Shown here piece by piece: positions 1-10,960 of a stretch of 49,390 bases of DNA (its first letter is position 1; the number at the start of each line of letters is the position of its first letter). Both the position numbers and the translations under genes were made by a program. The stretch comes from Chiloscyllium plagiosum (lineage: Eukaryota), in assembly GCF_004010195.1 (NCBI RefSeq), contig NC_057718.1:8793181-8842570 (forward strand), in the 5' to 3' direction. The notes below the pieces were generated by a model. It was given only the letters and a program-made list of their open reading frames with translations, was not told the DNA's origin and searched no databases.

Positions 1-480
1 ACAAGCAGAAAAGATCAGCAAGAATTGATTTGCATTAATTTGTGTTTCAAATTCTGCAATATTCTGCTTTTGTTACACTGACTTTAGGCAAATTGCACTC
101 AAGAAAGCCAACGCAAGTTAATCAGTGAACCCTACCTCATCCAGCGTTCAGTGGGAACAATGCTGTTCAGATATCTATCTCGTCAGATGCTTTAAATGTA
201 ACTTCTGAATTGGCAGGAAATTATATTTTCGCTTTCAGAGTCCAGAAGTGAAAAGAACAATGCACACTCATATCATGTCTGGATATCACAGCAACACATA
301 AAGGCTATCGCCTGTGAAAAGCTATCCTTGAATAATGTGCAATGATTATTAGCAATGTGCCTTAAAATATCACTGTCCCTTCTGTGCCAGATTTTCAATA
401 TGTTTCTGGAAGTGCTGAGAAATAAAAGCTTTGTTTTGCTGCATAGAATGCAAGGGATGGTCTGAGTTGTGGGGGAAATA

Positions 481-623
481 CAGAGGAACCTCGATTATCC
501 AAACGACATAGGCGGGGAGTATTTTGTTCGAATAATCGAATGCCGGATAACACTATTTAGCCAAGCATCGGGACCTTCTGACCTTGTTCGAATAATCCAA
601 AATACAGATTTGAGGTTCCTCTG
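481..623. mobile_element. Tigger/pogo-like (Tc1-mariner superfamily) MITE, family A
   Basis: Terminal inverted repeats CAGAGGAACCTC / GAGGTTCCTCTG flanked by TA (479-480, 624-625); homologous copy at 26646-26811. Confidence 0.85.
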
Positions 624-687
624 TAAACGGAGTATCTCCAGGAGCTCTGGTGTTTCTGGACACAGGCAGTTTTTCTGCTTGTCAGCT

Positions 688-1045
688 ATGGGTCAGCGGG
701 CAGCACTCCCATCTCATCACATCAAGGATCTGGGTTCCAATCCTACTCCAGGGCTTGAGGATAAGGAATTGAGGCTGAAGGGTGTACTGGAGGGAATGCT
801 GCACAGTGGAGGTGCTGTCTTTCAGGTGGGATGTTAAATTGTGACTCAGTGCTGGGTAAACATAAAAGACTCCATACCACAAATGTGAAAAAGGGTGAGA
901 GCACCGATTGCATCGGTTCAGCACACCATCTAGAGACCTGAGTATACAGTACAGACTTACACATCAAGTGATGGGATGGCAGTGTCAGGTGAATAATAAA
1001 CTGAAGCTTAGCTGCCTTTGCAAATGAATATAAAAGATCCCTCAT
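688..1045 (+). mobile_element. Degenerate Deu-domain SINE (SacSINE1/AmnSINE1-like) fragments
   Basis: tRNA-like head with B-box-like GGTTCCAATCC followed by Deu-like 'gtactggagggaatgctgcacagtggaggtgctgtctttcaggtgggatgttaaa...aaaagatccc'; similar to 20085-20750 and 42785-43070. Confidence 0.6.
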
Positions 1046-1084
1046 TGTCATGGTGGCTATACTTCAATCGTATATAAGCAACGT

Positions 1085-1170
1085 ACTGGAGACATGAAAT
1101 AAAACCAGAGGTGAAGGGGGAAATTCAGCAGGTCTGGCAGTACCTGCTAGAGAGAGAATTAGAGTTGACA
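1085..1170 (-). mobile_element. PLE terminal-repeat fragment, family 2
   Basis: 'aaattcagcaggtctggcag...gagagagaattagagttgac' matches copies at 6360-6915, 17325-17515, 20800-20920. Confidence 0.55.
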
Positions 1171-1399
1171 TTATATCATGTGGTTTGATATCAAATTACG
1201 CTGTTGGGGTTTGAGACAGACTTACTAAGGAGGAGACAAAGTCAAGAACTGTCTTTCGGCATAGACTTCAAAGTGACCCACTTTATTATGCGTTAGTAAT
1301 AAATACTGCGTGGTACACATGTATACTAGAGGATGGCTTCCAACTGCATCAGATAAGGTCTACTCTGTCATCTTCTCCTGTCCATGTCCATGTTGCAGT

Positions 1400-1780
1400 C
1401 AGGTCTGGTGTGTCTCATGTCCAAACACCACCCACCGGCGTTGGAGTTGAGTTTGGGCAGGTGCTGTACCCAGTGGCATCAGTGGCGTTGGCATTGCCGA
1501 GGACTCATATGGCGAGGAGGTACGATGGTGCTGATGAGTGGACGGCTTTCATTCTAGTGACGGCACAGTGTGGGGGCTCGTGATTGGAGGAGAACTTCAC
1601 AAGGAGGACTGTACAGTTGAACACTTTTTCTTTATCTCTTTATTCCTCTGCCTTTATATTCCACGTTTTGGTTTAATTATCTATATTTTGAGATGGCGCT
1701 GAGAGTGGGGATATGATACAACACGTTTCACTGTATTTTGTCACAAAATACATGTGACAATCAATAAATCAAATCAAATC
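1400..1780 (+). mobile_element. Non-autonomous retroposon with Rex1/Babar-type 3' tail
   Basis: 1600-1780 aligns with 37700-37883; ends TTTCACTGTA..TACATGTGACAA..(AAATC)n like the Rex tails in this window; 5' boundary uncertain. Confidence 0.6.
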
Positions 1781-1909
1781 AGACTGCTCTAATTATGCAC
1801 AGTGTTGCACAGCTCCATGACATCATCGTAAGACTGCTCCAGAGTCACGTAACAATTTCAAGTCCAATATGACTCTCCTTACTTGACGAAGGATATATTG
1901 AATTGAATT

Positions 1910-1986
1910 ATACAGCCATAGAGTCATAGAGATGTACCGCATGGAAACAGACCCTTCGGTCCAACCCGTCCATGCCGGTCAGATAT
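1910..1986 (-). mobile_element. CR1/HER1 LINE 3' tail fragment
   Basis: 'catagagtcatagagatgtac..gcatggaaacagacccttcggtccaac' is the same type as the 3' end of the 18918-19882 copy. Confidence 0.8.
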
Positions 1987-1988
1987 GC

Positions 1989-4140
1989 TGAATTTGTTGT
2001 CATGTGCACCGAGGCACAGTGAAAAGCTTTGTCTTGTGAGCAATACAGGCAGATCACGTAGTGAAATAGCATAGATAAGTAAATAATAGGTAAACAGCGG
2101 CAAAAACAAAAACACAGGTACAGGCGAATGTTAAGAGTTTGTGAGTCCATTCAGTATTCTAACAACAGTGGGGTAGAAACTGTTTTGAATCCGGCTGGTG
2201 CGTGTGTTCAGGCTTCTGTACCTTCTCCCCGATGGTAGAGGTTGTAGAAAAACATTGCCAGGGTGGGATGGATCTTTGAGAATGCTGGTGGCTTTTCCTT
2301 GACAGCGGGCCTGGTAGATGGATTCTATAGATGGGAGGTAGGCCTTTGTGATTGTCCGGGCCGAGTTCACCACTCTCTGTAATCATCTCTGATCTTGAAT
2401 GATCCAGTTGCCGTACCAGGTAGTGATACATCCAGACAGAATGCTCTCGATGGCGCACCTATAAAAGTTGGCAAGGGTATTCGCCGTCATGCCAAATTTC
2501 CTCAGTTGTCTGAGGAAGAAGAGCCGTTGTTGGGCCTTTGTAACCAATGCATCCACATGAAGGGTCCAAGAAAGCTTGTTGTGGATGGCCACTCCCAGGA
2601 GTTGACACTCTTCACTCGTTCCACCTCTATGCTGTTAATGTGCAGGGGGACATGAGTAATATCCCGCTGAAAGTCAATAATGAGTTCCTTGGTTTTGCTG
2701 GCATTGAGAGCTAGGTTGTTCTCAGTGCATCATTTTTCCAGGTCTTCCACCTCCTGTCTGCAGTCTGTTTCGTCACCGTCTGAGATTCGACTGACTATGA
2801 TGGTGTCATCAGTGAACTTGTAAATGGCATTAGTCTGGTATTTGGCGACACAGTCATGGGTATACAGGGAGTACAGTAGGGGGCTGAGTATGCACCCCTG
2901 GTAGGCTCCAGTATTGAGTGTCAGTGAGGATGAAATATTGACCCTAATCTTTACTGATTGTGATCTGTGGGTCAGGAAACTGAGGTTCCAGTTGCAGAGA
3001 GTGGGGCTTAGTCTGAGATCACTAAGTTTAGTAATCAGTCTCGAGGGGTAATAGTGTTGAAGGCTGAGCTATAGTCAATGAGTAGGATTCTTACATAGCT
3101 GTTCTTGGTGTCAAGATGTTCTCGGGAGAAGTGAAGGGCAAGTGATATGGCATCTGACATGGATCTGTTGGTCCGATAGGCAAATTGGAGTGGGTCAAGA
3201 GTAGTGGGGAGACTGGAGTTGATTAATGCCATAGAGGTAAAAACAATGACTGCAGATTCTGGAAACCAGATTCTGGATTAGTGGTGCTCGAAGAGCACAG
3301 CAATTCAGGCAGCATCCGAGGAGCTTCGAAATCCATGACCAGCCTTTCAAAGCACTTCATGACCAGCCTTTCAAAGCACTTCATGACCACTGAAGTTAGG
3401 CCCACTGGGCGGTAGTCATTGAGACATGCTGCATGAGCCTTCTTAGGCACAGGGATGATGTTGGCCCTCTTGAAACAGGTAGGGACAGTGGCCTGTTGCA
3501 GAGAGAGGTTGAAGGTGTCTGAGAAGACCTCTGCCAGTTGATCTGCGCATGCCCTGAGTGCACGGCCTGGTATTCCATTTGGTCCCATTGCTTTCCTTGG
3601 ATTCTCACAAAGGAAAACTGATCTTACCCCTGATGCAGTGACTATTGTGATTGGTTTGTCAGGACTTGTCAGAATAGGTGTTACCTCTCCGCCGAAACTC
3701 TGCTCAAAGCGAGCACAGGAGCTGTTGAGACGATCTGGGAGGGATGTGTCATCATCTGCTATCTTACACTGTCTCTTTTTAGAAGCTGTGATGTCATTCA
3801 GACTTTGCCATAGTCGACGGGTGTCTGTCTGGGTCTCTAGTTTGGATCGGTATTGGTCCTTGACTCTCTTAATGGCTCTGTAAAGGTCATACCTGGGTTC
3901 CTTATATTTGATTGGGTGTCCTGATCTGAAGGCCTCATGCCTGGTTTTTAGCAGGTTCTGTATGTCCTGATTCATCCAGGGTTTCCTGTTGGGGAACACC
4001 CAGATTGACTTCCTCGGTATGCAGTTCTCCACACACTTGCTGATAAAGTCTGTGACGGTTGTGACGTACTCGTCCATGGTACCTGCGGACAGTTAGAACA
4101 TTGCCCAATCAGCCAATTCCAGACAGCACCAGAGCTGATC
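1989..4140 (-). mobile_element. Rex1/Babar-clade non-LTR retrotransposon, 5'-truncated, frameshifted RT
   Basis: ORF pieces 3223-4077, 3035-3232, 2383-2592, 2131-2373 give [100 protein letters not shown], typical of Rex1/Babar ORF2. Confidence 0.9.
3233..3333 (-). mobile_element. PLE terminal-repeat fragment (family 1) inserted in the Rex element
   Basis: 'gtggtgctcgaagagcacagcaattcaggcagcatccgaggagc' matches the terminal repeat at 9643-9700; interrupts the RT frame. Confidence 0.75.
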
Positions 4141-4652
4141 TGCTTTGGAGGCAGTGCAAAGGAGGTTCCCCAGGTTGATTCCAGAGATGGGGGGGTTACC
4201 TTATGAGGAGAGGTTGAGTCGCTTGGGACTGTACTCGCTAAAATTTAGAAGAATGAGAGATGATCTTATAGAAACATATAAAATTATGAAAGGGATAGAT
4301 ACCATCGAGGCAGCCAAGCTGTTTCCGCTGGTGGGTGAGACTAGGACTAGGGGACATGGCCTCAAGATTAGGGGGAGTAGATTTAGGACAGAGATGAGGA
4401 GGAAATGCTTTTCCCAGAGAGTAGTGAATCGATGGGATTATCTGCCTCAGGAAGCAGTAGAGGCAACTTCATTAAATATATTCAAGACACAGTAGGATGG
4501 GTTTTTGCATGGTAGGGGAATGAAGGGTTATGGGGATAATGCAGGGAGGAGGAGCAGAGACGATGGATAGATTGGCCATGATCTTAATGAATGGTGGAGC
4601 AGGCTCTACGGGCTAAATGGCCTATTCCTGCTCCTGTTACTGTGAAACTATG
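4141..4652 (+). mobile_element. CR1 LINE 3' fragment
   Basis: ORF 4145-4495 EAVQRRFPRLIP..YEERLSRLGLYSL..RTRGHGLK..FSQRVVNRW, followed by a CR1-type 3' UTR. Confidence 0.9.
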
Positions 4653-5959
4653 ATGCTTCTTCAAAACTCCACAGGCACTTTCAAAATTTCTCCAGCACAT
4701 TTTTTTTAAACTTCAAAATGTGAAGTGCTTTGGCAGAGAGAAAAACACGAAATAAATGTAAACTATTCTATTTATTTTTGCCCTTGGTGGCCACGGAATT
4801 GTTTTATTAAGAGTGTGCGTTGGTGACAGTTGTGCAGTTGCTTTGCACATGTCTCTTTGCTCCCAACACTAGGGACACGTACTTTAAAGTGGGACACTAT
4901 TTAAACTTGGAATCTTCAAAACAATTAATGTTGCTGAAACCAGCTCTGTCAATGTGCTTTTGTGTGCATTGATGAGCCAGTATAAAGGTAGCAGGTGTCA
5001 TATGCATAGTCCAGGCTTCTAATCTTCAGGCAACCAAACAAGCTGTGAGCAGAATTGGTTCAAATTAATTTTGATGCTGTTCAGAATCATTTAACATCTG
5101 CAATAACAGTTCTGATCATTCCTCCCTTGGGGCTTGGGGGTGGGCTGGGGGGCCACCATTTTGTCAGGAGCCTCCAGGAATAGTCAGAATTTGAAAAGCT
5201 AATTCAAATTCAAAAGCCAAAGATGTAGAGAAGCATCAATACTCGTGTCAAGTTCAGGTAGGATAGCAGCGCAGAATTATTATCTCCTGCGATAGCTCTG
5301 CTTTTCTGGGGGCGACTAAGTCAAGTCTATCTTCATGCAGAAATGTGAAGTAATCACAACATGTCTTGTCGAGATGACTAAACATCCGACACCAACTTCT
5401 CAAGATATTCAGCAATTGTGAACTCGGTATAGTCCGTATTAAGCAATGTCACCCGACTCACAGGAATCACAAAAGGAGCTGTGAATCTTCTTCTATGATT
5501 AATTACGGGCAATGGACTTTCTTGAGATGGAGGAGTGCACAGTCCATCTGTAACTGGGTCACAGCTGATCTGTCAGTATTTGCATTTGCTTTACTTTGTG
5601 CCCTTTCTCTGTGTACTTATACCTGTTACTGAGCTATTTGGGGTGATACTACGCTCTGACTAACCCGTGCTGCACCCAACTGTGGTCACCTAAACTGAGA
5701 ATCCTTAGAACTCAATTGGTTTTCTCAACTTTAGGCATTCAGGTATCTTCTTCAATAGTTCTTTGAGATTGTTGCAGGTGAACAAAGCCTTGGTTCCAAC
5801 ACTTCTCTAGAAAGTCATGTCTCCTACTGTATAAACCACGCTATGCGTTGTCTATACACAACCATTAGTGGTCTTATAAATGGAGTCATTGCGAAGAAAA
5901 CAAGATGCAGTAAACCTTTAGAAAACAGATTAAGCTTCAGCCAAGGCATTATGTTCCTC

Positions 5960-7130
5960 CAGGGGTTAACTGGGATTTATTGCTAAAGGAATAGAGAACA
6001 AAAGTAGGGAGGAGTTGCTGCAACTGCACAAGACATTAGTGAGACCACATTTGGAGTACTGTGGACAGTTTTGCTTCCCTTACTTTGAGGAGGGTTGTAT
6101 TGTATTGGAGACAGTTCAGAGGAGATTCACCAGATTGATTCTAGAGGTGAGAGATTTATCTTATGAAGAGAGATTGAGCAGTTTAGGCCTCTCCTCTCTC
6201 ATGTTTATAAGAATGAGAAATTTCATTGAGGTATATAAACTCCTAAAGACGATTGACACAGTAGATGTAGAGAGGACAGTTTCTCCTGTGTGGAAATCTA
6301 GAATGAGAGATCATAGCTTTAGGATAAGTGGGAGCTGAATTAAACAGGGATGAGAAGAAAGTAAAAACTGAAAGAAATCAGAGCAAAAGCAAAAATTGCC
6401 GGAAAAGTGGAGTAGGTCTGACAGCATCCATGGAGAGAAATCAGAGCTAAAGTTTCAGATCCACTGCCCTGTCTTCAGAAACTGATAGTAATGAGGAAAA
6501 TGTTGTCATTTAGACAAAAGATGAGGTGGGGGGAGGGGGTAGAAGAGTAAACATAAGGTGGAGATAGAGCCCAAAGAGAGAGAGAGAAAAACAGTTGGGC
6601 AGACAAAGGAGTGATTTACAGGGGTGAACACGCAAAAAGATTGGAACAAAATTCCTGTCGGAGTGAGAAGCAGGATTCTTTCAGGATGGGCATACCCAGA
6701 CGAGATGTGGCAGAGTTAAATACTAAACAAAAAAAAATTGGAAAGAACTACAAATGCTGGAAATCAGAAACGAAAACAGAAATTGCTGGAAAACAAGTCT
6801 GGCAGCCGTCTGTGAAGATAAATCACAATTAACGTTTCAGATCCAGTGGGCCTGCTTCAGAATTGATGGTAGCTCGGAAAAGGTTGGTATTCCACACTGA
6901 ATATAGGGTGGAGGGATTACTTCTGTCAAAGGGTCATGAATCTGTGAAATTCACTAGCTCAGAGTGCAGTGGATGCTGGGTCATTAAAGAAGTTTGAGTA
7001 AGGGACAGGCAGATTTTTAATTAGTAACAAGTTAATAGGTCACAGGAAGCCAGCAGGAAAGTGGAGTTGAGGCCGAGATGAGATCAGTCATGATCATATT
7101 GAATGGTGTATTCCTGCTCATATTTATTAC
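5960..7130 (+). mobile_element. CR1 LINE 3' fragment interrupted by PLE repeats at ~6360-6915
   Basis: ORF 6015-6338 LVRPHLEYC..VQRRFTRLI..SYEERL; CR1 sequence resumes at ~6915 ('ttacttctgtcaaagggtcatgaatctgtg'). Confidence 0.85.
6360..6915 (-). mobile_element. Two direct copies of PLE terminal repeat family 2
   Basis: Repeats at ~6360-6610 and ~6735-6915; both carry a degenerate CTGAAG(A/C)..GAAAC motif on the minus strand. Confidence 0.6.
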
Positions 7131-7149
7131 ATTGTTATCTCTTAAAGCC

Positions 7150-8680
7150 TCAGACATGCTGCAGTGGAGACTTAGCAGAATGCTACCAGGTCAAGCAGAG
7201 TGTCTATTTAAACAAAGATTTGTTGTCTTCAATCTAATGGAGCTGTTCAATAGGTATGACAGCGTGAATCAGGCTGAACCAGGAGGTGAAATGCCAGGAG
7301 GGCTGGGCACCAGAGGGCACAAGTTGAGAGCAAGTAACAAAAGAACTGAAGGCAAGAGGAGGAGAACGCTTTGACGCACTGGGTGGTTGAAATCTGGAAT
7401 GCAGTGCCTGGAAGGAAATCAACAGTCGCTGATTAGTATGTTTGCAGACGATACAAAGATCGGGGGAGCTGCGGTTACTGAGGAAGATTGCCAGAGGATA
7501 CAGCAGGATATAGATAAGCTGGAGATATGAGCTGAGAAATGGCAGATGGAATTTTAATCTTGACAAATGTGAAGTGGTGCATCTTGGAGGTCAAATTTCT
7601 TTTATTCCTTCGTGGGATAAGAGTATCGCTGGCTAGTCTAGCATTTATCATCTATCCCTAATTGCCCAGAGGGCAGTTAAAAGGCAACTAAATTGCTGTG
7701 GGTTTGCAGTCACATGTCAGACCAGGTAAAGATGGCAGCTTCATTCACTAGAGGACATTTATGAACCTGGTTTTTCCAACGATCGACAATGGATTCATAA
7801 TCATCATTAAACTCTCAATTCTCGACTTTATTGAATTCAAATTGCACCATCTACTCTGGCAAAATTCAAACTAAGAACATTGCCAGGGTTTCTAGATTAA
7901 CAATCCAGTATTAATACCACAAGGCCATTGAATCTTCCACTGCAGAAGGACAGTCTACAGTAAATGGTAGCTTGCAAAAGGTTGGTAGTCATACAGAATA
8001 TAGGGTGGAGGGATTACTTCTGTCAAAAGGTCATGAATCTGTGAAATTTACTTCGTAGCATTGACATACAGAGGATGTACAGGTCTTCAGCTCCTGAGAG
8101 TGGCATCACAAGTGGATAGTGTGATCAACAAGGCACATATTACTCTACATGTTGCAGCTGTATAGAACTTATTTAGGCCATATTTTGGAATATTGCATAT
8201 AGCTTTGGTCATCGCACTACCAGAAGGATGAGGAGGCTTTGGATAACTTACAGAAAAGATTTATCTGGATGTTGCCTGGTTTGGAGGGTATTAGCTGTGA
8301 GGAGAGATTGGATAAATTTGGTTTGTTTTCAGCTGAATGTTGAAGGATGAGGGGTGACCTGATAGATGTTCACAAAATGATGAGAGGCATGGATAGAATT
8401 GATAGTCAGAGTCTTTTTCCCAGGGGAGTAATGTCAATTACTAAGGAACATAGGGTTAAGGTAAAAGGGGGAAAGTTTAAAGGAGATGTGAGAGGCAAGT
8501 TTTTACACAGAGAGTAAATGCCTGGAATGTGCTGGCCCAGGAGGTGGAGGTGAATAATAGGAACAGAGATCAGAGTGATATGGACCACATACAGACAAAA
8601 GATTTTCAGTTTAGAAGGGAGCCCTGCATCAGTATAGTCTTGGTAGGCCGAAGAGCCTATTCCTGTGCTTTTGTTTTTTC
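7150..8680 (+). mobile_element. Old CR1 LINE fragments (RT C-terminal region and 3' UTR), interrupted by a SINE
   Basis: 'tttgcagacgatacaaagatcggggga' = FADDTKIGG at ~7441; 'aaatggcagatggaattt'; LEYC/QKRF-type sequence at 8180-8300. Confidence 0.75.
7600..7937 (-). mobile_element. tRNA-derived SINE family B
   Basis: Full-length similarity to 18289-18620, 28057-28387, 28653-29021, 43953-44205. Confidence 0.75.
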
Positions 8681-9642
8681 CTCAGGTACAACGACAGCTT
8701 TCAAAGGAAGATTGTACACATCCTAATAAACAAAGCAGTTTAGGACTCTGGGGAAGGAGCAATGGGGTGTCCAAAGATACTAACTGTGTAATTCCATCAA
8801 AGAGATGTAGCCAACACAATGGGCCGAATGTCCACTATCTGTGTCAACTGAATCGACAATTTATTTTCCACAAGACCAGCAAAAGTATAAATCAATGGAG
8901 GATTGATGATGAATAAGTCCCTCAGTGCCGTCAAGTCCCTTCGGTGACACTCAGTACCGTTTCCCTGGAGAGTTGCTGCTGCTGCTGATGAATTGCAGTG
9001 GTCACTTTAACCCAATCCTGGGCTGCTCACAGCGTTCTCGTTTAAAATTCCCATCCACACTCAGATGGACAAAAATTCAGCAGCTGAGATATTGAGAATG
9101 GATTCCTCTGAGATTTTGCAAGCACACGTTCAGCTCACTGCATGGTAATGAAGAGCAGTGAACAACAATCCTGAATCTCCAATAACCTCCTCTTTGGAAG
9201 CAGCGATGTCATCGAGGAACTGGAGATACTGTAGCTTGGGTTTTCAGGAATTATCATGTGCAAAGACTCAGAAACATCCAGTTATCTTCCATGATTTTCA
9301 CCTTTCCTGTGTATTTTCCATCTAATTCAGAACAAAAGGGCTATCGCAATACATGCACATACTATAAAAGGAGTTACATTTAAAGGCATGCTGACTATTT
9401 TGAAGACTTCAGAATTGACCAGAAGCTTGTTGTCACTTGTTGCTGACCAGCAGAGCTGTAGAAATAAGGCACTTTAATTTGAAAAGTCACTTGGTAACAT
9501 CAAACCTATGTATTGCTGAAAAAGAGACATGCTTGCACTCATCAAGAGTGTCAAATTTCAAAGGGAACAACAATTTAAATTGCCTGTGAGATGGGTGCTC
9601 ATTGGTTGGTAAGTTGACACTGATGGGTTGAGGATTTTAACA

Positions 9643-10960
9643 TGTGGCGCTGGAAAAGCACAGCTGGTGAGGCAGCATCCGAGGAGTAGGAGAGTCAATG
9701 TTTCGAGCATAAGCCCTTCATCAGGAATGTGAGAGAAAGGGGAGCCCAAGGAGGCTGAGAGACAAATGGGAGGGGGTTGGGTCTGGGGAAAGGTAGCTGT
9801 GTGAGTATGATAGGTAAATGAAGGTGGGATATAATGGTGATAGGTCGGAGAGGAGGGTGGAGCAGTTCATAGTAAGGAAGATAAACAGATAGGACAGTTC
9901 AAGGGAGCGGTGCTAAGTTGGCAAGTTGGATCGGGGAAATGTTGGGGGGAGGGGAGATGAGGAAAATGGTGAAATCAACATTGATTCCATGTGGTTGGAG
10001 GGTCCCAAGGCGGTACATGAGGTATTCTTCCTCCAGGCATCGGGTGGATAGAATTTGGCGGTGGAGGAGGCCAAGGACTTGCATGACCTTAGTGGAATGG
10101 GAGGGGGAGTTGAAGTGTTTGGCCACAGGGCAATGGGGTTGATTGGAGTGTGCGGCCCAGAGATGTTCTCTGAAACATTCCACAAGTTGGCCTTCTGTCT
10201 CCCCAACGTAGAGGAGATCACATCGAGAGCAACAGACACAGTGGATGAGGTGTTTGGATGTGCAGGAAAATCTCTGCCGGATGTGGAAAGATTCTTTGGG
10301 ACCTCGGATGGAGGTGAGGGGTGAGGTGTAGGTGCAGGTTTTACACCCCTTGTGGTAACAAGGGAAGGTGCTGGGAGTGGAGGATGGGTTGGTGGGGGGC
10401 ATGGAACTAACAAGGGAGTCGCGGAGAGAATGGAGTCTGTGGAACACAGATGTGACAGGGAGGCAAATATATCATTGGTGGTGGGGTCTGACTGTGGGTG
10501 GCAGGAGTGGCAGATGATGATGTATTGTGTCTGTAAGTTGGTGGGGTGGACGTTGAGGGTGGGAGGGTGGTTCCGTCTTGTTGCAATTGGAGAGGTGGGG
10601 CTCAAGGGCAGAGGTGCGGGAAGTGGAGGATATGCATTGTTGACCATGTGGGAGGGGAAACTGCTGTCCTTGAAGTAGGAGGCCATCTGGGATGTTCTGG
10701 AGTGGAATTGGACCTCCTGGGAGCAGTTGCAGCGGAGGCAGAGGAATTGGGAGTAAGGGATAGCGTTTTTACAGGAGTGGTAACGGGAGGAGGTGTGGTC
10801 CAGGTAGCTGTTGGAGTTGGTGGGTTTGAAGTAGAGGTCTGTGTTAAGTTGGTCACTGGAAATGGAGATGGAAAGGTCCAGGAAGGGGAGGGAGGTATCC
10901 GGGATGGTACAGCTGAACTTGAGGTCAGGGTGGAAGGTGTTCATGGAGTAGATGAATTGG
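9643..10960 (-). mobile_element. Penelope-like element arm: RT C-terminus, GIY-YIG endonuclease and terminal repeat
   Basis: ORF 9913-10992 PFLDLSI..TDLYFKPTNSNSYLDHTSS..KNAIPYSQFL; ORF 9899-10447 CKTC..FSCTSKHLIHCVCCSRCDLLYVGET..L...FREH..PVAKHFN..E...YRLGTLQPHGIN, the PLE GIY-YIG pattern; frameshifted. Confidence 0.9.
9695..9728 (-). ncRNA. Minimal type I hammerhead ribozyme motif (PLE-associated)
   Basis: Minus strand reads attc-CTGATGA-a-GGGC-ttat-GCTC-GAAA-cattga; core boxes intact, stem III altered. Confidence 0.7.

Noticed and set aside
469..837. 122-aa ORF
   Set aside because: Reads through a MITE and a SINE; not a gene
5462..5547. Possible minus-strand exon (CAG acceptor, GTGAGT donor; GLCTPPSQESPLPVINHRRRFTAPFVIP)
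   Set aside because: Poor polypyrimidine tract, no recognisable protein similarity and no partner exons; RNA-seq would be needed
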